Shown in pieces: positions 14,745-22,266 of a stretch of DNA of 32,000 nucleotides (the first letter of the stretch is position 1; the number at the start of each line of letters is the position of its first letter). The DNA is taken from contig CP047921.1 in NCBI GenBank assembly GCA_010202845.1, positions 690,001 through 722,000 of the forward strand, written 5' to 3'. Made by a program: the position numbers and the translations under genes. The notes under the pieces are model-generated. The model saw only the letters and a list, made by a program, of their open reading frames with translations. It had not been told where the DNA came from and did no database searches. This stretch comes from Candidatus Saccharibacteria bacterium oral taxon 488 (lineage in GTDB: Bacteria > Patescibacteriota > Saccharimonadia > Saccharimonadales > Saccharimonadaceae).

Positions 14745-16574
14745 TTATCGCTTGCCGCGCGTGATGGCGTGTTTTAGCCAGGCAGCAGCTCGGCCGATTT
14801 CCCAGCGCCACTGCCAGCCAGCATAGCCAACCGCCAGCAGGCTGACGCCGCCGAGCACCCACCAGCCCCACATCGCACCCGTCACCTGCTTGACCTGCTC
14901 CGGCGCAAAGCCAGTTTTCGGTGCAGTAGCCAGCGCGACCTTGCGGCAGCGGCGGGTCTTTGGATTGCGCTCAAATCCTTCTGGACAATCTTTTAGGATG
15001 TCATCGGCGGCAGCGATTTTCTTGCAGCGGCCAGTTGCTGGGTTACGAAATTGACCATCAGGACATGGCTTTAACACTTTGGCGGCGGCTGAGGCGATTG
15101 AGCGACAGCGACCCGTCGCCTCGCTGCGATAATACCCTTCTTTACACGGCGTTACAGTCTTTGCTGCTTCGATTTTCCGACAGCGACGCGTTTCAGGATG
15201 CCGATATTGACCAATTGGACACGGCGCTAACACATCAGGCACAGCAGGTGGCACCGAAATCTTCACACATTTACCCAGTGCGTTACGCTCATAGCCATTC
15301 TGGCAGTCCGCATATTCCTTAAACACATTGGCAGCATTTTCAGTCACCGCAAACGTTTGCTTCCATTCCCCGTTAAATAAACTCCACGACGAGTCTTTGG
15401 CTAGACCGGCAAACGACGTCTGGTCAATTTCATTGCCGCTCTCGTCCAGCGCGTACACTTCACCGCCACCAGTTTTTGTTAATTTGAGGTTTGTCTCTGC
15501 CAGCCGAATGACATGCAGTGCCCCGGCCGCCAGCTCAATACTCCTGAACGTGTGCGTTGTGTCCTTATTCTTGCCTCGACCTTTCACGAGAATGGTGCAG
15601 CCCGTAAGGTCGAGATCGCTGATCCCGGCGTTAATAATCTCGATAAACGGCGCGTCGACATTGGTCGCGATCTCATGTAATTTCAAGCCACTGCAGCGAT
15701 TGATCGGTGGCGCCGGATCAACTGGCGGACGCGGTTCATCAGGCTCAGTACACGCCGGCAGTTCACGCAGGCGCGGCGCCTCGCCGACCGAAAAATCGCT
15801 AGCGTTATTATTCGTATCAGTCACCACGCCATTTATTTGGCAGCGCCAGGCGTGTAGCTTATCGTCCAGATTGATCGGGCTGCCTTCGCGCTCTGACGCC
15901 GCGCCCCAACCAACCAGATCCGACACCTGCCCATCACTCATCACCAATTTGACAGAACCGCCGGTTTTTGCCAGTACTTTCTTGCTATCAAACCGCAGGT
16001 CAGCCTGCTCATCGGTTAGCCGGCTATCACCGACCACCAACGCCCCGCCCGCCGGCACCATTAGGTCAGTCGATATTGTTTTAAGCACTGTCACATGCCC
16101 CTTTTGGTTAACATACTGCAGCGTCCAGCCAGCGATATTGACTGGCCCTGGCGACGGATTGTAGAGTTCGACGTACGCGCCGCGCGCTGTATCGAGGCCA
16201 ATTTTAGTGATCAAGAGTTTAGCCGATGTACGAGCCGCAGCTGGTGGTGCAGGAGGTTCGGAAGGCGTTGGCTTGGCCGGTGCGGGTGTCGATGGAGTCG
16301 TGGTCGGCGTTGACGGAGCGGGCGTAGACGTAGACGTACCGCCAGAAGCTGTGTCCGGCGTGGTCGCTACTGGGGCTAGTGGCTTGGTCGGAGCTGCCGA
16401 GCTGGGTACTGGATTGGCTGGACGCGGCGCGGGCGTATCCGTTGGCGCAACCGATGTCGAGCCACCAGCAGGAGGTGCAGCCTCTGGCGGGGAGTCGCTT
16501 GCAAACGCCACCACCGGCTGAAACACCAGCGCAATTATCGTTGACATAAGTAGTAGGCGGGTCAAAACCTTCAT
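14745..16574 (-). CDS. Secreted, C-terminally membrane-anchored surface protein with two lamin-tail domains (LTD) and five Cys-pair repeats
   Basis: Signal peptide '...VVAFA|SD', a P/T/A/S linker, LTD-like 'LLITKIG...AYVELYNPSPGPVNIAGWTLQY' and 'LKLHEIATNVDAPFIEIINAGISDLDLTGCTILV', 5 Cys repeats, TM 'WGWWVLGGVSLLAVGYAGW' and a basic tail. GGGAG SD. Confidence 0.75.
   Translation of the reverse strand: MKVLTRLLLMSTIIALVFQPVVAFASDSPPEAAPPAGGSTSVAPTDTPAPRPANPVPSSAAPTKPLAPVATTPDTASGGTSTSTPAPSTPTTTPSTPAPAKPTPSEPPAPPAAARTSAKLLITKIGLDTARGAYVELYNPSPGPVNIAGWTLQYVNQKGHVTVLKTISTDLMVPAGGALVVGDSRLTDEQADLRFDSKKVLAKTGGSVKLVMSDGQVSDLVGWGAASEREGSPINLDDKLHAWRCQINGVVTDTNNNASDFSVGEAPRLRELPACTEPDEPRPPVDPAPPINRCSGLKLHEIATNVDAPFIEIINAGISDLDLTGCTILVKGRGKNKDTTHTFRSIELAAGALHVIRLAETNLKLTKTGGGEVYALDESGNEIDQTSFAGLAKDSSWSLFNGEWKQTFAVTENAANVFKEYADCQNGYERNALGKCVKISVPPAVPDVLAPCPIGQYRHPETRRCRKIEAAKTVTPCKEGYYRSEATGRCRSIASAAAKVLKPCPDGQFRNPATGRCKKIAAADDILKDCPEGFERNPKTRRCRKVALATAPKTGFAPEQVKQVTGAMWGWWVLGGVSLLAVGYAGWQWRWEIGRAAAWLKHAITRGKR
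14913..15305 (-). repeat. Five tandem 25-28-aa Cys-pair repeats in the LTD protein (C-x2-G-x2-R-x5-6-C-[RKV]-[KS]-[IV])
   Basis: CQNGYERNALGKCVKI / CPIGQYRHPETRRCRKI / CKEGYYRSEATGRCRSI / CPDGQFRNPATGRCKKI / CPEGFERNPKTRRCRKV, each followed by a short Ala/Pro linker. Confidence 0.85.
16224..16496 (-). repeat. Pro/Thr/Ala/Ser-rich low-complexity linker (about 90 aa) of the LTD surface protein
   Basis: 'SPPEAAPPAGGSTSVAPTDTPAPRPANPVPSSAAPTKPLAPVATTPDTASGGTSTSTPAPSTPTTTPSTPAPAKPTPSEPPAPPAAA'. Confidence 0.85.
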
Positions 16575-16605
16575 TGTGAACTCCCTGCTTGGCTTATGTT
16601 GACTG

Positions 16606-16611
16606 ATTATA
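16606..16611 (-). promoter_or_regulatory. -10 box TATAAT upstream of the LTD surface-protein gene (leadered, GGGAG SD)
   Basis: The reverse complement of 16606-16611 is TATAAT. It lies just downstream of the yebC terminator, about 31 nt from ATG 16574. Confidence 0.45.
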
Positions 16612-16632
16612 TTGTAAAAGAAATTCCTCCGA

Positions 16633-16661
16633 AACGCAAAAGAGCGCCGTCGGGGGCGCTC
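16633..16661 (-). terminator. Rho-independent terminator after yebC
   Basis: The minus strand reads GAGCGCC-CCCGAC-GGCGCTC followed by TTTTGCGTTT. Confidence 0.7.
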
Positions 16662-16693
16662 AATACATAGTCGATGTATAGCCTGAGCGAAGA

Positions 16694-17410
16694 TTACTCC
16701 GCGGTGATGTCGGCATTGGTGTGCACATTCACCACGTCGTCCAGGTCATCCAGTGCATCAACCACCTTCATCAATTTCTGTGCGGTTTCCGTATCAGCAA
16801 TCTCGACCGGCGTATTGGCGATGTAGCGCAGCTCGGCGTCTTTTACTTTCAATCCCTGCTCTACTAATTTATTCCTGACACTCGCCAAATCTTTCAGCTC
16901 CGTGTAAACAATAATCTCACCGTCTTCCTCAACCGCATCTTCAGCGCCAGCATCTAACACTTGCAGGAGCAATTCTTCGCCCGTACCCTCCACGGTGATT
17001 ACGCCCTTGCGGGTGAATTGAAATGCCACACTGCCAGCGTCAGCGATTCGCCCGCCGTTTTTGACTAGTGCCGTCTTCACTTCTGGCAAAGTACGATTGC
17101 GATTGTCAGTTGCTGTTTCGATGATGATGCCGACGCCGCCCGGACCATAGCCCTCATAGGTAATTTCTTCCAGCGCTGCTGCGCTTTTGTCAGCCACGCG
17201 GTCAATCGCCCGCTGGATATTAGCGCTTGGCATATTGGCAGCCTTGGCTTTTTCAATGGCCATTGCCAAACTTGCATTTAATGTCGGATCAGTGCCGCCG
17301 CGCGCCGCGATTGCAATTTGGTTACCCAACTTCGTGAAAATCGCACCACGCTTCGCATCAACAATCGCTTTCTGCCGGTGCGTCGTCGCCCATTTACTGT
17401 GTCCTGCCAT
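16694..17410 (-). CDS. yebC: YebC/PmpR-family DNA-binding transcriptional regulator
   Basis: 'MAGHSKWATTHRQKAIVDAKRGAIFTKL' canonical N-terminus, full length of 238 aa. GGAGG lies 9 nt upstream. Confidence 0.95.
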   Translation of the reverse strand: MAGHSKWATTHRQKAIVDAKRGAIFTKLGNQIAIAARGGTDPTLNASLAMAIEKAKAANMPSANIQRAIDRVADKSAAALEEITYEGYGPGGVGIIIETATDNRNRTLPEVKTALVKNGGRIADAGSVAFQFTRKGVITVEGTGEELLLQVLDAGAEDAVEEDGEIIVYTELKDLASVRNKLVEQGLKVKDAELRYIANTPVEIADTETAQKLMKVVDALDDLDDVVNVHTNADITAE

Positions 17411-17442
17411 GTGTCTATGCCTCCAGAAAATTCGTTTCTTTT

Positions 17443-17451
17443 AGTATAGCA
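17443..17451 (-). promoter_or_regulatory. Extended -10 TGcTATACT upstream of yebC (leadered, GGAGG SD)
   Basis: The reverse complement of 17443-17451 is TGCTATACT. GGAGG at 17424-17420 lies 9 nt from the ATG. Confidence 0.55.
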
Positions 17452-17467
17452 GAAAACGGGCGAGGGG

Positions 17468-18466
17468 TTAACTATTGAGCCGGTCAGTAGTGTTTTCTGG
17501 AAAGGTAAAGCCGCCGCAATCTGATTCTATGCGCACCTCCCTGATATATACCCCGTCGTAATAGCTTCCTTCATCGACACGTACCCTATATCGAGGAGAG
17601 ATAATGCCCCCACGAACATACGGCCCCAACGTCCCTCTTATATACCCCTCAATCATGCCCTTGTCTTGCTCCAAAATACCCGGCGGAAACTGTAGAGCAG
17701 CACGCCGGCGACTCCCCGACAAAGCTTCACAATCATTTGTGGCATATGCTACAGGAGACGCCTCACTTAATTTCGCTGCCCAGGGAGTCGCCTCCTCACA
17801 CTCAAGGTCTGCATTGATCCGCAGAATATCTTTTCTCTGTTGAGAATTCCTTTCGGCAATAGCTATCACAAAATCCGATAACTGTATGTCATCAGGCGTC
17901 AGCTTGCCTCGCTCCTGCCGCTCGTCAAAGTCACTAATAAATTGGCGTAATGTCTCATCACTAGCCTTATCAGCTGCAACGAGGGGCGCCATCACCTCGC
18001 CCATGAGTTTCGAACTGTCTTCTTTAATTAGGGCTAGTTTCTGGGCATATGCCCGGGCATCCTCCGTCGATTCCTTAATTTGCTGCAGCCGCACAGATGT
18101 TGCCTCTCTAATTCTCCTGCACCGCTCGTCAAACTCATCCCTGGCTTGTCTGATTTGTTCTGCTTCGTCAGCCAAAATTTCCTCACGTTGCCGTTGAGTA
18201 CCCGGCTTGGTATTACCTTTCTTGTTGTTGTATTCCCGATATACGTCGTTCATTGCAGTAACTGTTCGGCGAAGATCATCAAATGTCATCGGAGCAGCCA
18301 CCTCCTGTTCTCTCTGCGCCTCATCACCCTGTGCATCCTCATGAGCTTCAATCTCATCAGACTGTTGCTCACCATCATTAGTCGATGCGGCCGCCAGCCC
18401 CTCCCATGGACCCGTCAAGCCCCGGCCTTGATTACTGCTATCTCCACCTACTCTTTCTTTGCCCAT
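17468..18466 (-). CDS. Hypothetical acidic, helix-rich cytoplasmic protein (orphan)
   Basis: 332-aa ORF from ATG 18466 with GGAGG 7 nt upstream. The track start at 18550 lacks an SD. Glu/Asp/Gln/Arg-rich N-terminal two thirds, compact C-terminal ~100 aa. No signal peptide, TM or recognised motif. Confidence 0.55.
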   Translation of the reverse strand: MGKERVGGDSSNQGRGLTGPWEGLAAASTNDGEQQSDEIEAHEDAQGDEAQREQEVAAPMTFDDLRRTVTAMNDVYREYNNKKGNTKPGTQRQREEILADEAEQIRQARDEFDERCRRIREATSVRLQQIKESTEDARAYAQKLALIKEDSSKLMGEVMAPLVAADKASDETLRQFISDFDERQERGKLTPDDIQLSDFVIAIAERNSQQRKDILRINADLECEEATPWAAKLSEASPVAYATNDCEALSGSRRRAALQFPPGILEQDKGMIEGYIRGTLGPYVRGGIISPRYRVRVDEGSYYDGVYIREVRIESDCGGFTFPENTTDRLNS

Positions 18467-18642
18467 TTCATTCCTCCAAACAAAATAACGTTTAGTACTC
18501 ACCAGCCGCTGCCCGAGCGAGGGCCAAAACCTGAACCCGCGCTCACTCACCCCGAGGGATTAGCTGAATGAACCCATGGTAGTACATCCATCAGGTTTCC
18601 TCAAGTATGAGCGGGATCAGTAGCCTGCCATAGTCGTCCACG

Positions 18643-20097
18643 CTACTCAACCACATTACTCTCGCGCAGCCGCAGCCCGGTCTGTCGCCGCATCCACCAC
18701 ATTGCCCCGATAATGATGAGGTAGGTAATGATTACCCACGGCCAGCTCAAGTTCACCTCCAGCTGCGCCCAGTCCAGCCCTGCCAGCCACGTGGCGACGC
18801 CGACCATATACTGGAGCAGCCACGTTGTCGGCGCGGCGATGAGCCCGGCCACCACCGGCACATCTACGCACACGCCAACCACAAAGGTCAGCAGCATTGC
18901 CAGCGGCACCAATGGCAGAATGAGCACATTCGCGATCAGCGCCACGTTACTGATCACGCCAAACGACGCCACCAAGAGCGGTAATGTCATGATCTGGGCC
19001 GACACCGTCTCGCCGATAATCTGCCGGATCACCCCGGGCGACTTCGTACCAAAAAAGTATCGCTGCAGCAGCGGCGCCAGGATAATCACCCCACTAAACG
19101 CCGCGAAGCTCAATTGCCAGCCGAGATCGTTCCAGCCAAACTGCGGATTGATAAGTAGCGTCATCGCCGCAGCGACCGGTAGCAGCACCAGCGGATGAAT
19201 CGTCCGGCCATAATACCACGCGGCTAGGCTGAGGCCCGCCACCAGCCCGGCCCGCGACATGCTCGGACTGAGGCCGGTCATCGCCATAAAGCCAATGATC
19301 ATCGCGCCGGCACTTAGCGCTGCCAGATATTTCGACACCCGAACGAACAGCCGCCGTGCCAGCCGCACCAAAATCGTTAAGTTATAGCCGCTGGCCACGA
19401 TAACGTGCGTCAAACCCGCAACCTGCAGCGCCGTCATCAATTCCAGCGGTAATGCCCGCCGTAAACCCATCAAGAACCCGAGGCCCAGCGCCGCCTCCGA
19501 CTCCGGCACGTACCGTCGCACCCGCTCCGCAAACCAGTCACGGACGCCCACCGCCACGTCGCCCGGCTGCTCGCGCGTCACTTGCTCGACCGCTGCCCTG
19601 GACATCCGCGCCGCAAACGCCCCGAACCCATCAATTAGCGTACCCCGAACGGTGACCACGTCGCTACGTTTCATCGCCTGACTATGCCTCGTCACCACCC
19701 AAACACTACCAGGTAGCCGCCGATCATTACTCACGATATCGCCCAGCCGCAACACTGTCTGCCCCTTTTTATCAACATCAGGGTCTTCCAGCACCCGCCC
19801 GCTCAGCCGCACCGTTTGGCCGAACAGCGTTTGATAGTGCTCCAGTCCAATCTGCCCCAAACTGCCTCGCCACAGCCCAACCAGCACTCCGCCGACTAGA
19901 GCCACTATGACCAGCCAGCGCCGCGCCCCGACGAGCGACGCTAGGGCCAATACCATTCCCGCCACTAACCACATCCAGCCAGCAAACAACCCGTACGGCG
20001 CTTGCATCACGCCGATAACGCCGATGACGATGCCGACACCAGCCGCCGCCAACAGCCACGACACATGCAAACGCTGAGTGAGGCCGAGAGACTTCAT
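18643..20097 (-). CDS. comEC: ComEC/Rec2-family DNA uptake channel (short form: OB/DUF4131 plus competence domain, no beta-lactamase-fold domain)
   Basis: Polytopic protein. OB-like 'VRLSGRVLEDPDVDKKGQTVLRLGD'. Competence-domain signature 'LQVAGLTHVIVASGYNLTILV'. Only 484 aa. Confidence 0.8.
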   Translation of the reverse strand: MKSLGLTQRLHVSWLLAAAGVGIVIGVIGVMQAPYGLFAGWMWLVAGMVLALASLVGARRWLVIVALVGGVLVGLWRGSLGQIGLEHYQTLFGQTVRLSGRVLEDPDVDKKGQTVLRLGDIVSNDRRLPGSVWVVTRHSQAMKRSDVVTVRGTLIDGFGAFAARMSRAAVEQVTREQPGDVAVGVRDWFAERVRRYVPESEAALGLGFLMGLRRALPLELMTALQVAGLTHVIVASGYNLTILVRLARRLFVRVSKYLAALSAGAMIIGFMAMTGLSPSMSRAGLVAGLSLAAWYYGRTIHPLVLLPVAAAMTLLINPQFGWNDLGWQLSFAAFSGVIILAPLLQRYFFGTKSPGVIRQIIGETVSAQIMTLPLLVASFGVISNVALIANVLILPLVPLAMLLTFVVGVCVDVPVVAGLIAAPTTWLLQYMVGVATWLAGLDWAQLEVNLSWPWVIITYLIIIGAMWWMRRQTGLRLRESNVVE

Positions 20098-20103
20098 ATA
20101 GTT

Positions 20104-20109
20104 AGTATA
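20104..20109 (-). promoter_or_regulatory. -10 box TATACT, 6 nt upstream of the comEC ATG 20097
   Basis: The reverse complement of 20104-20109 is TATACT. No SD and a weak -35. Confidence 0.45.
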
Positions 20110-20161
20110 CGCGAAGTGCGGCCAGACTTACATCAAATCACCTGATAATGAATACGCGAAT

Positions 20162-20188
20162 TAAAAAATCCTAGTTCTGAACTAGGAT
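20162..20188 (-). terminator. Rho-independent terminator after tRNA-Lys
   Basis: The minus strand reads ATCCTAGTT-CAG-AACTAGGAT followed by TTTTTTAA. It begins 12 nt after the tRNA 3' end. Confidence 0.75.
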
Positions 20189-20199
20189 TATTCTCCACT

Positions 20200-20276
20200 T
20201 GGAGGGCCCACCGGGGCTTGAACCCGGGACACCCTGCTTAAAAGGCAGGTGCTCTAACCAACTGAGCTATGGGCCC
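20200..20276 (-). tRNA. tRNA-Lys (anticodon UUU), CCA encoded
   Basis: The reverse complement folds as a cloverleaf: acceptor GGGCCCA/TGGGCCC, D stem GCTC/GAGC, anticodon stem CCTGC/GCAGG with loop CTTTTAA, T stem CCGGG/CCCGG with loop TTCAAGC, then T-CCA. 77 nt. Confidence 0.9.
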
Positions 20277-20320
20277 GCACATGACGCGCAGCGCAACGAA
20301 GCGAGGACGCGACTTCTCAC

Positions 20321-20349
20321 ATTTTATCACAGAGAAGCGGCATTTTCAA
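20321..20349 (-). promoter_or_regulatory. Promoter of tRNA-Lys: TTGAAA-17-TGaTAAAAT
   Basis: The reverse complement reads TTGAAA (20349-20344), a 17-nt spacer and TAAAAT (20326-20321), about 40 nt upstream of the mature tRNA 5' end. It overlaps the stop of the upstream membrane-protein gene. Confidence 0.6.
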
Positions 20350-20837
20350 CGCTTTGTTTTCTTGGAGGCGGGCGCCTTGGCCTTGAGTGGCACACTCATA
20401 TCAAGCAGCCCCGCTACCAGCCCAACGGTCGCCGCATAGCGCCACCAGTCGCTCAGCAATTTGTATGTCTTCATCGCCTCCGCATCCAAGCTCATAAACT
20501 TGCCCAGTGGCCGCACCAGCATCGCCGCTGCTAGCACGCCGACTAGCACTGCCGAGATTAGCCGCAGTAACTTGCCAGGCCCCTTTGGCCCAGTAACTAA
20601 TAATAGCACCAGCGGCCCCACCGTCAAGATAATCGTCGCCACGACACCATTCGGTAGCCCTGCTACGTTACTGACGCCCAGCCCGCCGATCACCCCGGCC
20701 AGCCACTCCGCCCACAATTCCGCCAGCAGTGCGCTGGCCGCCAGTGACAGCGCCAACACGCCAAATCGCCGATTCAACACGAACACTAGTGCCGTCACCG
20801 CCACGGCCACGCCGCCAAACAACAACACCATGCTCAT
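20346..20837 (-). CDS. Hypothetical integral membrane protein (about 4 TM helices)
   Basis: 163-aa hydrophobic ORF. ATGA 4-nt overlap with the upstream DUF192 gene stop. Lys-rich C-terminus. No family recognised. Confidence 0.6.
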   Translation of the reverse strand: MSMVLLFGGVAVAVTALVFVLNRRFGVLALSLAASALLAELWAEWLAGVIGGLGVSNVAGLPNGVVATIILTVGPLVLLLVTGPKGPGKLLRLISAVLVGVLAAAMLVRPLGKFMSLDAEAMKTYKLLSDWWRYAATVGLVAGLLDMSVPLKAKAPASKKTKR

Positions 20838-21322
20838 CGCTGCGCCCCCGCACTAAACCGCGCAGTGACGCCCGGCTTGATACCATGCTCCTTGGCACTA
20901 CCCGCCGGCAGCTCTAACACGTACCGCGCCGGAACTGGCGTGTGATATACCTCATGCGGCTCATTGTCAGGCCAGACATCACGCTTGACGTGCACGACCT
21001 TTTTCTTGGCATCTAGCCAGATAATATCAATCGGGACGCGCATACCCTTCATCCAAATTGGTATATCACCGTCTTTCTCGGCCACGAACAACATCCCCTC
21101 GCTCTTACCCAGCTCCTGCCAACCGCCCAAGCCTCGCGCCCGCGTCTCGTCCGTATCAGCGACCTCCACTCGAAATGTACCCTTGCCGATGTCAACAGTC
21201 GTGTACGTTTTATTCATCTGGCGCGCCACCGCCCATACGCCGTAGCCGATCCCGGCCAACACGCCGAGCACGATCACCCAAACGATGATCCGCTGCACTA
21301 TCGACACCGACTTCGCATTCAT
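20834..21322 (-). CDS. DUF192-domain protein with N-terminal membrane anchor
   Basis: 'ETRARGLGGWQELGKSEGMLFV...IPIWMKGMRVPIDIIWLD' matches the DUF192 pattern (GL..R....GMLF...WM.....P.D..). TGcTATAAT ends 6 nt upstream of the ATG. Confidence 0.75.
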   Translation of the reverse strand: MNAKSVSIVQRIIVWVIVLGVLAGIGYGVWAVARQMNKTYTTVDIGKGTFRVEVADTDETRARGLGGWQELGKSEGMLFVAEKDGDIPIWMKGMRVPIDIIWLDAKKKVVHVKRDVWPDNEPHEVYHTPVPARYVLELPAGSAKEHGIKPGVTARFSAGAQR

Positions 21323-21328
21323 ACTCCC

Positions 21329-21337
21329 ATTATAGCA
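21329..21337 (-). promoter_or_regulatory. Extended -10 TGcTATAAT, 6 nt upstream of the DUF192 ATG 21322
   Basis: The reverse complement of 21329-21337 is TGCTATAAT. Confidence 0.55.
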
Positions 21338-21346
21338 AGTTTATCT

Positions 21347-22264
21347 TCAGGCGCCGACTTTATCTTTTTTGTTACCGCGCTTGGCGTTGCGATTAATATA
21401 ATCAATAATCCGACCAGCCACATTGCGGCCCGTCACCTTTTCGATGCCAAATCCTGGGCTGGCGTTCACTTCCAACACCAACGCGCCACGACTTGAGCGC
21501 ATAAAATCAACGCCGGCTACCACCAAGCCCATCGCCTTGGCGGCTTTGACGCACATTTTTTGCTCATCAGGCGTCAACTTGATAGCCGTCCCCTCGCCAC
21601 CTTTGTGTAAATTACTGCGAAAATCATCATCCAAGCTCTGCCGCTTCATACTGGCCACCACTTGACTACCGACCACAAACGCCCGAATATCGGTGCCGGC
21701 CGACTCTTTGATAAATTCCTGCAATAGCACGTTTGTGCCGTCAGAATTGCTGAGATAAAACGCCTGCATGACCGACTTGGCGGCCTTGATCGTCTCCGCC
21801 AGCACTACACCGTTGCCATGCGTGCCGCGCGCCAACTTGATGATCGCTGGCGTACCGCCAATCTCGTCTAGTAGCACGTCAATATCGGTTTCGTTGCGTG
21901 AGAACACTGTCTTTGGAATTGCTACGCCAGCCCGCGCTAGTAACTGCGTCGAGCGCAGTTTATCCCGCGCCCGCGTAATGGCGATTGACCGATTCATAAA
22001 AAACGCCTGCGGATTCGCCATCTCCAGCTGTCGCAATACCGCCGTCCCGTAGCGCGTCATATAACTAGCAATCCGCGGGATGAACACATCGAAATTATCA
22101 ACCTCCTTACCGCGATAAATAACCTTCGGATGCTGCTCGTCAATTGACACGTAGCAGTTTTTATACTTGATAACCTTAATTTGATGACCGCGTTTTTCGG
22201 CCTCTTCTCTGAGGCGGAGGGTGGAGTAGTTAATATTACCGTTACTGAGGATTGCAATTTTCAT
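21347..22264 (-). CDS. rimK: RimK-type ATP-grasp alpha-L-glutamate ligase
   Basis: Collinear with E. coli RimK as I recall it: 'MKIAILS', 'YGTAVLRQLEM', 'ARDKLRSTQLLARAGV', 'GVVLAET', 'DIRAFVVG', 'DFRSNLHKGG', 'VAGVDFMRSSRGALVLEVNASPG'. Confidence 0.9.
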   Translation of the reverse strand: MKIAILSNGNINYSTLRLREEAEKRGHQIKVIKYKNCYVSIDEQHPKVIYRGKEVDNFDVFIPRIASYMTRYGTAVLRQLEMANPQAFFMNRSIAITRARDKLRSTQLLARAGVAIPKTVFSRNETDIDVLLDEIGGTPAIIKLARGTHGNGVVLAETIKAAKSVMQAFYLSNSDGTNVLLQEFIKESAGTDIRAFVVGSQVVASMKRQSLDDDFRSNLHKGGEGTAIKLTPDEQKMCVKAAKAMGLVVAGVDFMRSSRGALVLEVNASPGFGIEKVTGRNVAGRIIDYINRNAKRGNKKDKVGA

Positions 22265-22266
22265 GA

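Noticed and set aside
15328-16164. 278-aa plus-strand ORF (and neighbours 14960-15322, 16095-16521) opposite the LTD surface-protein gene
   Set aside because: These are antisense shadow ORFs in a GC-rich region. The translations are low-complexity (Ser/Arg/Pro-rich), there is no promoter or SD context, and the minus-strand gene has clear domain structure.
20098-20345. tRNA-Lys locus as a potential integration hotspot or genomic-island boundary
   Set aside because: There is no integrase, recombinase or phage gene on either side. I saw no direct repeat of the tRNA 3' end by eye. The flanks are comEC and a membrane-protein/DUF192 operon.
20199-20534. 111-aa plus-strand ORF 'MEGPPGLEPGTPCLKGRCSNQLSYGP...'
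   Set aside because: Its 5' part is simply the complement of the tRNA-Lys gene, a classic spurious translation of a tRNA. The rest is antisense to a membrane-protein gene.
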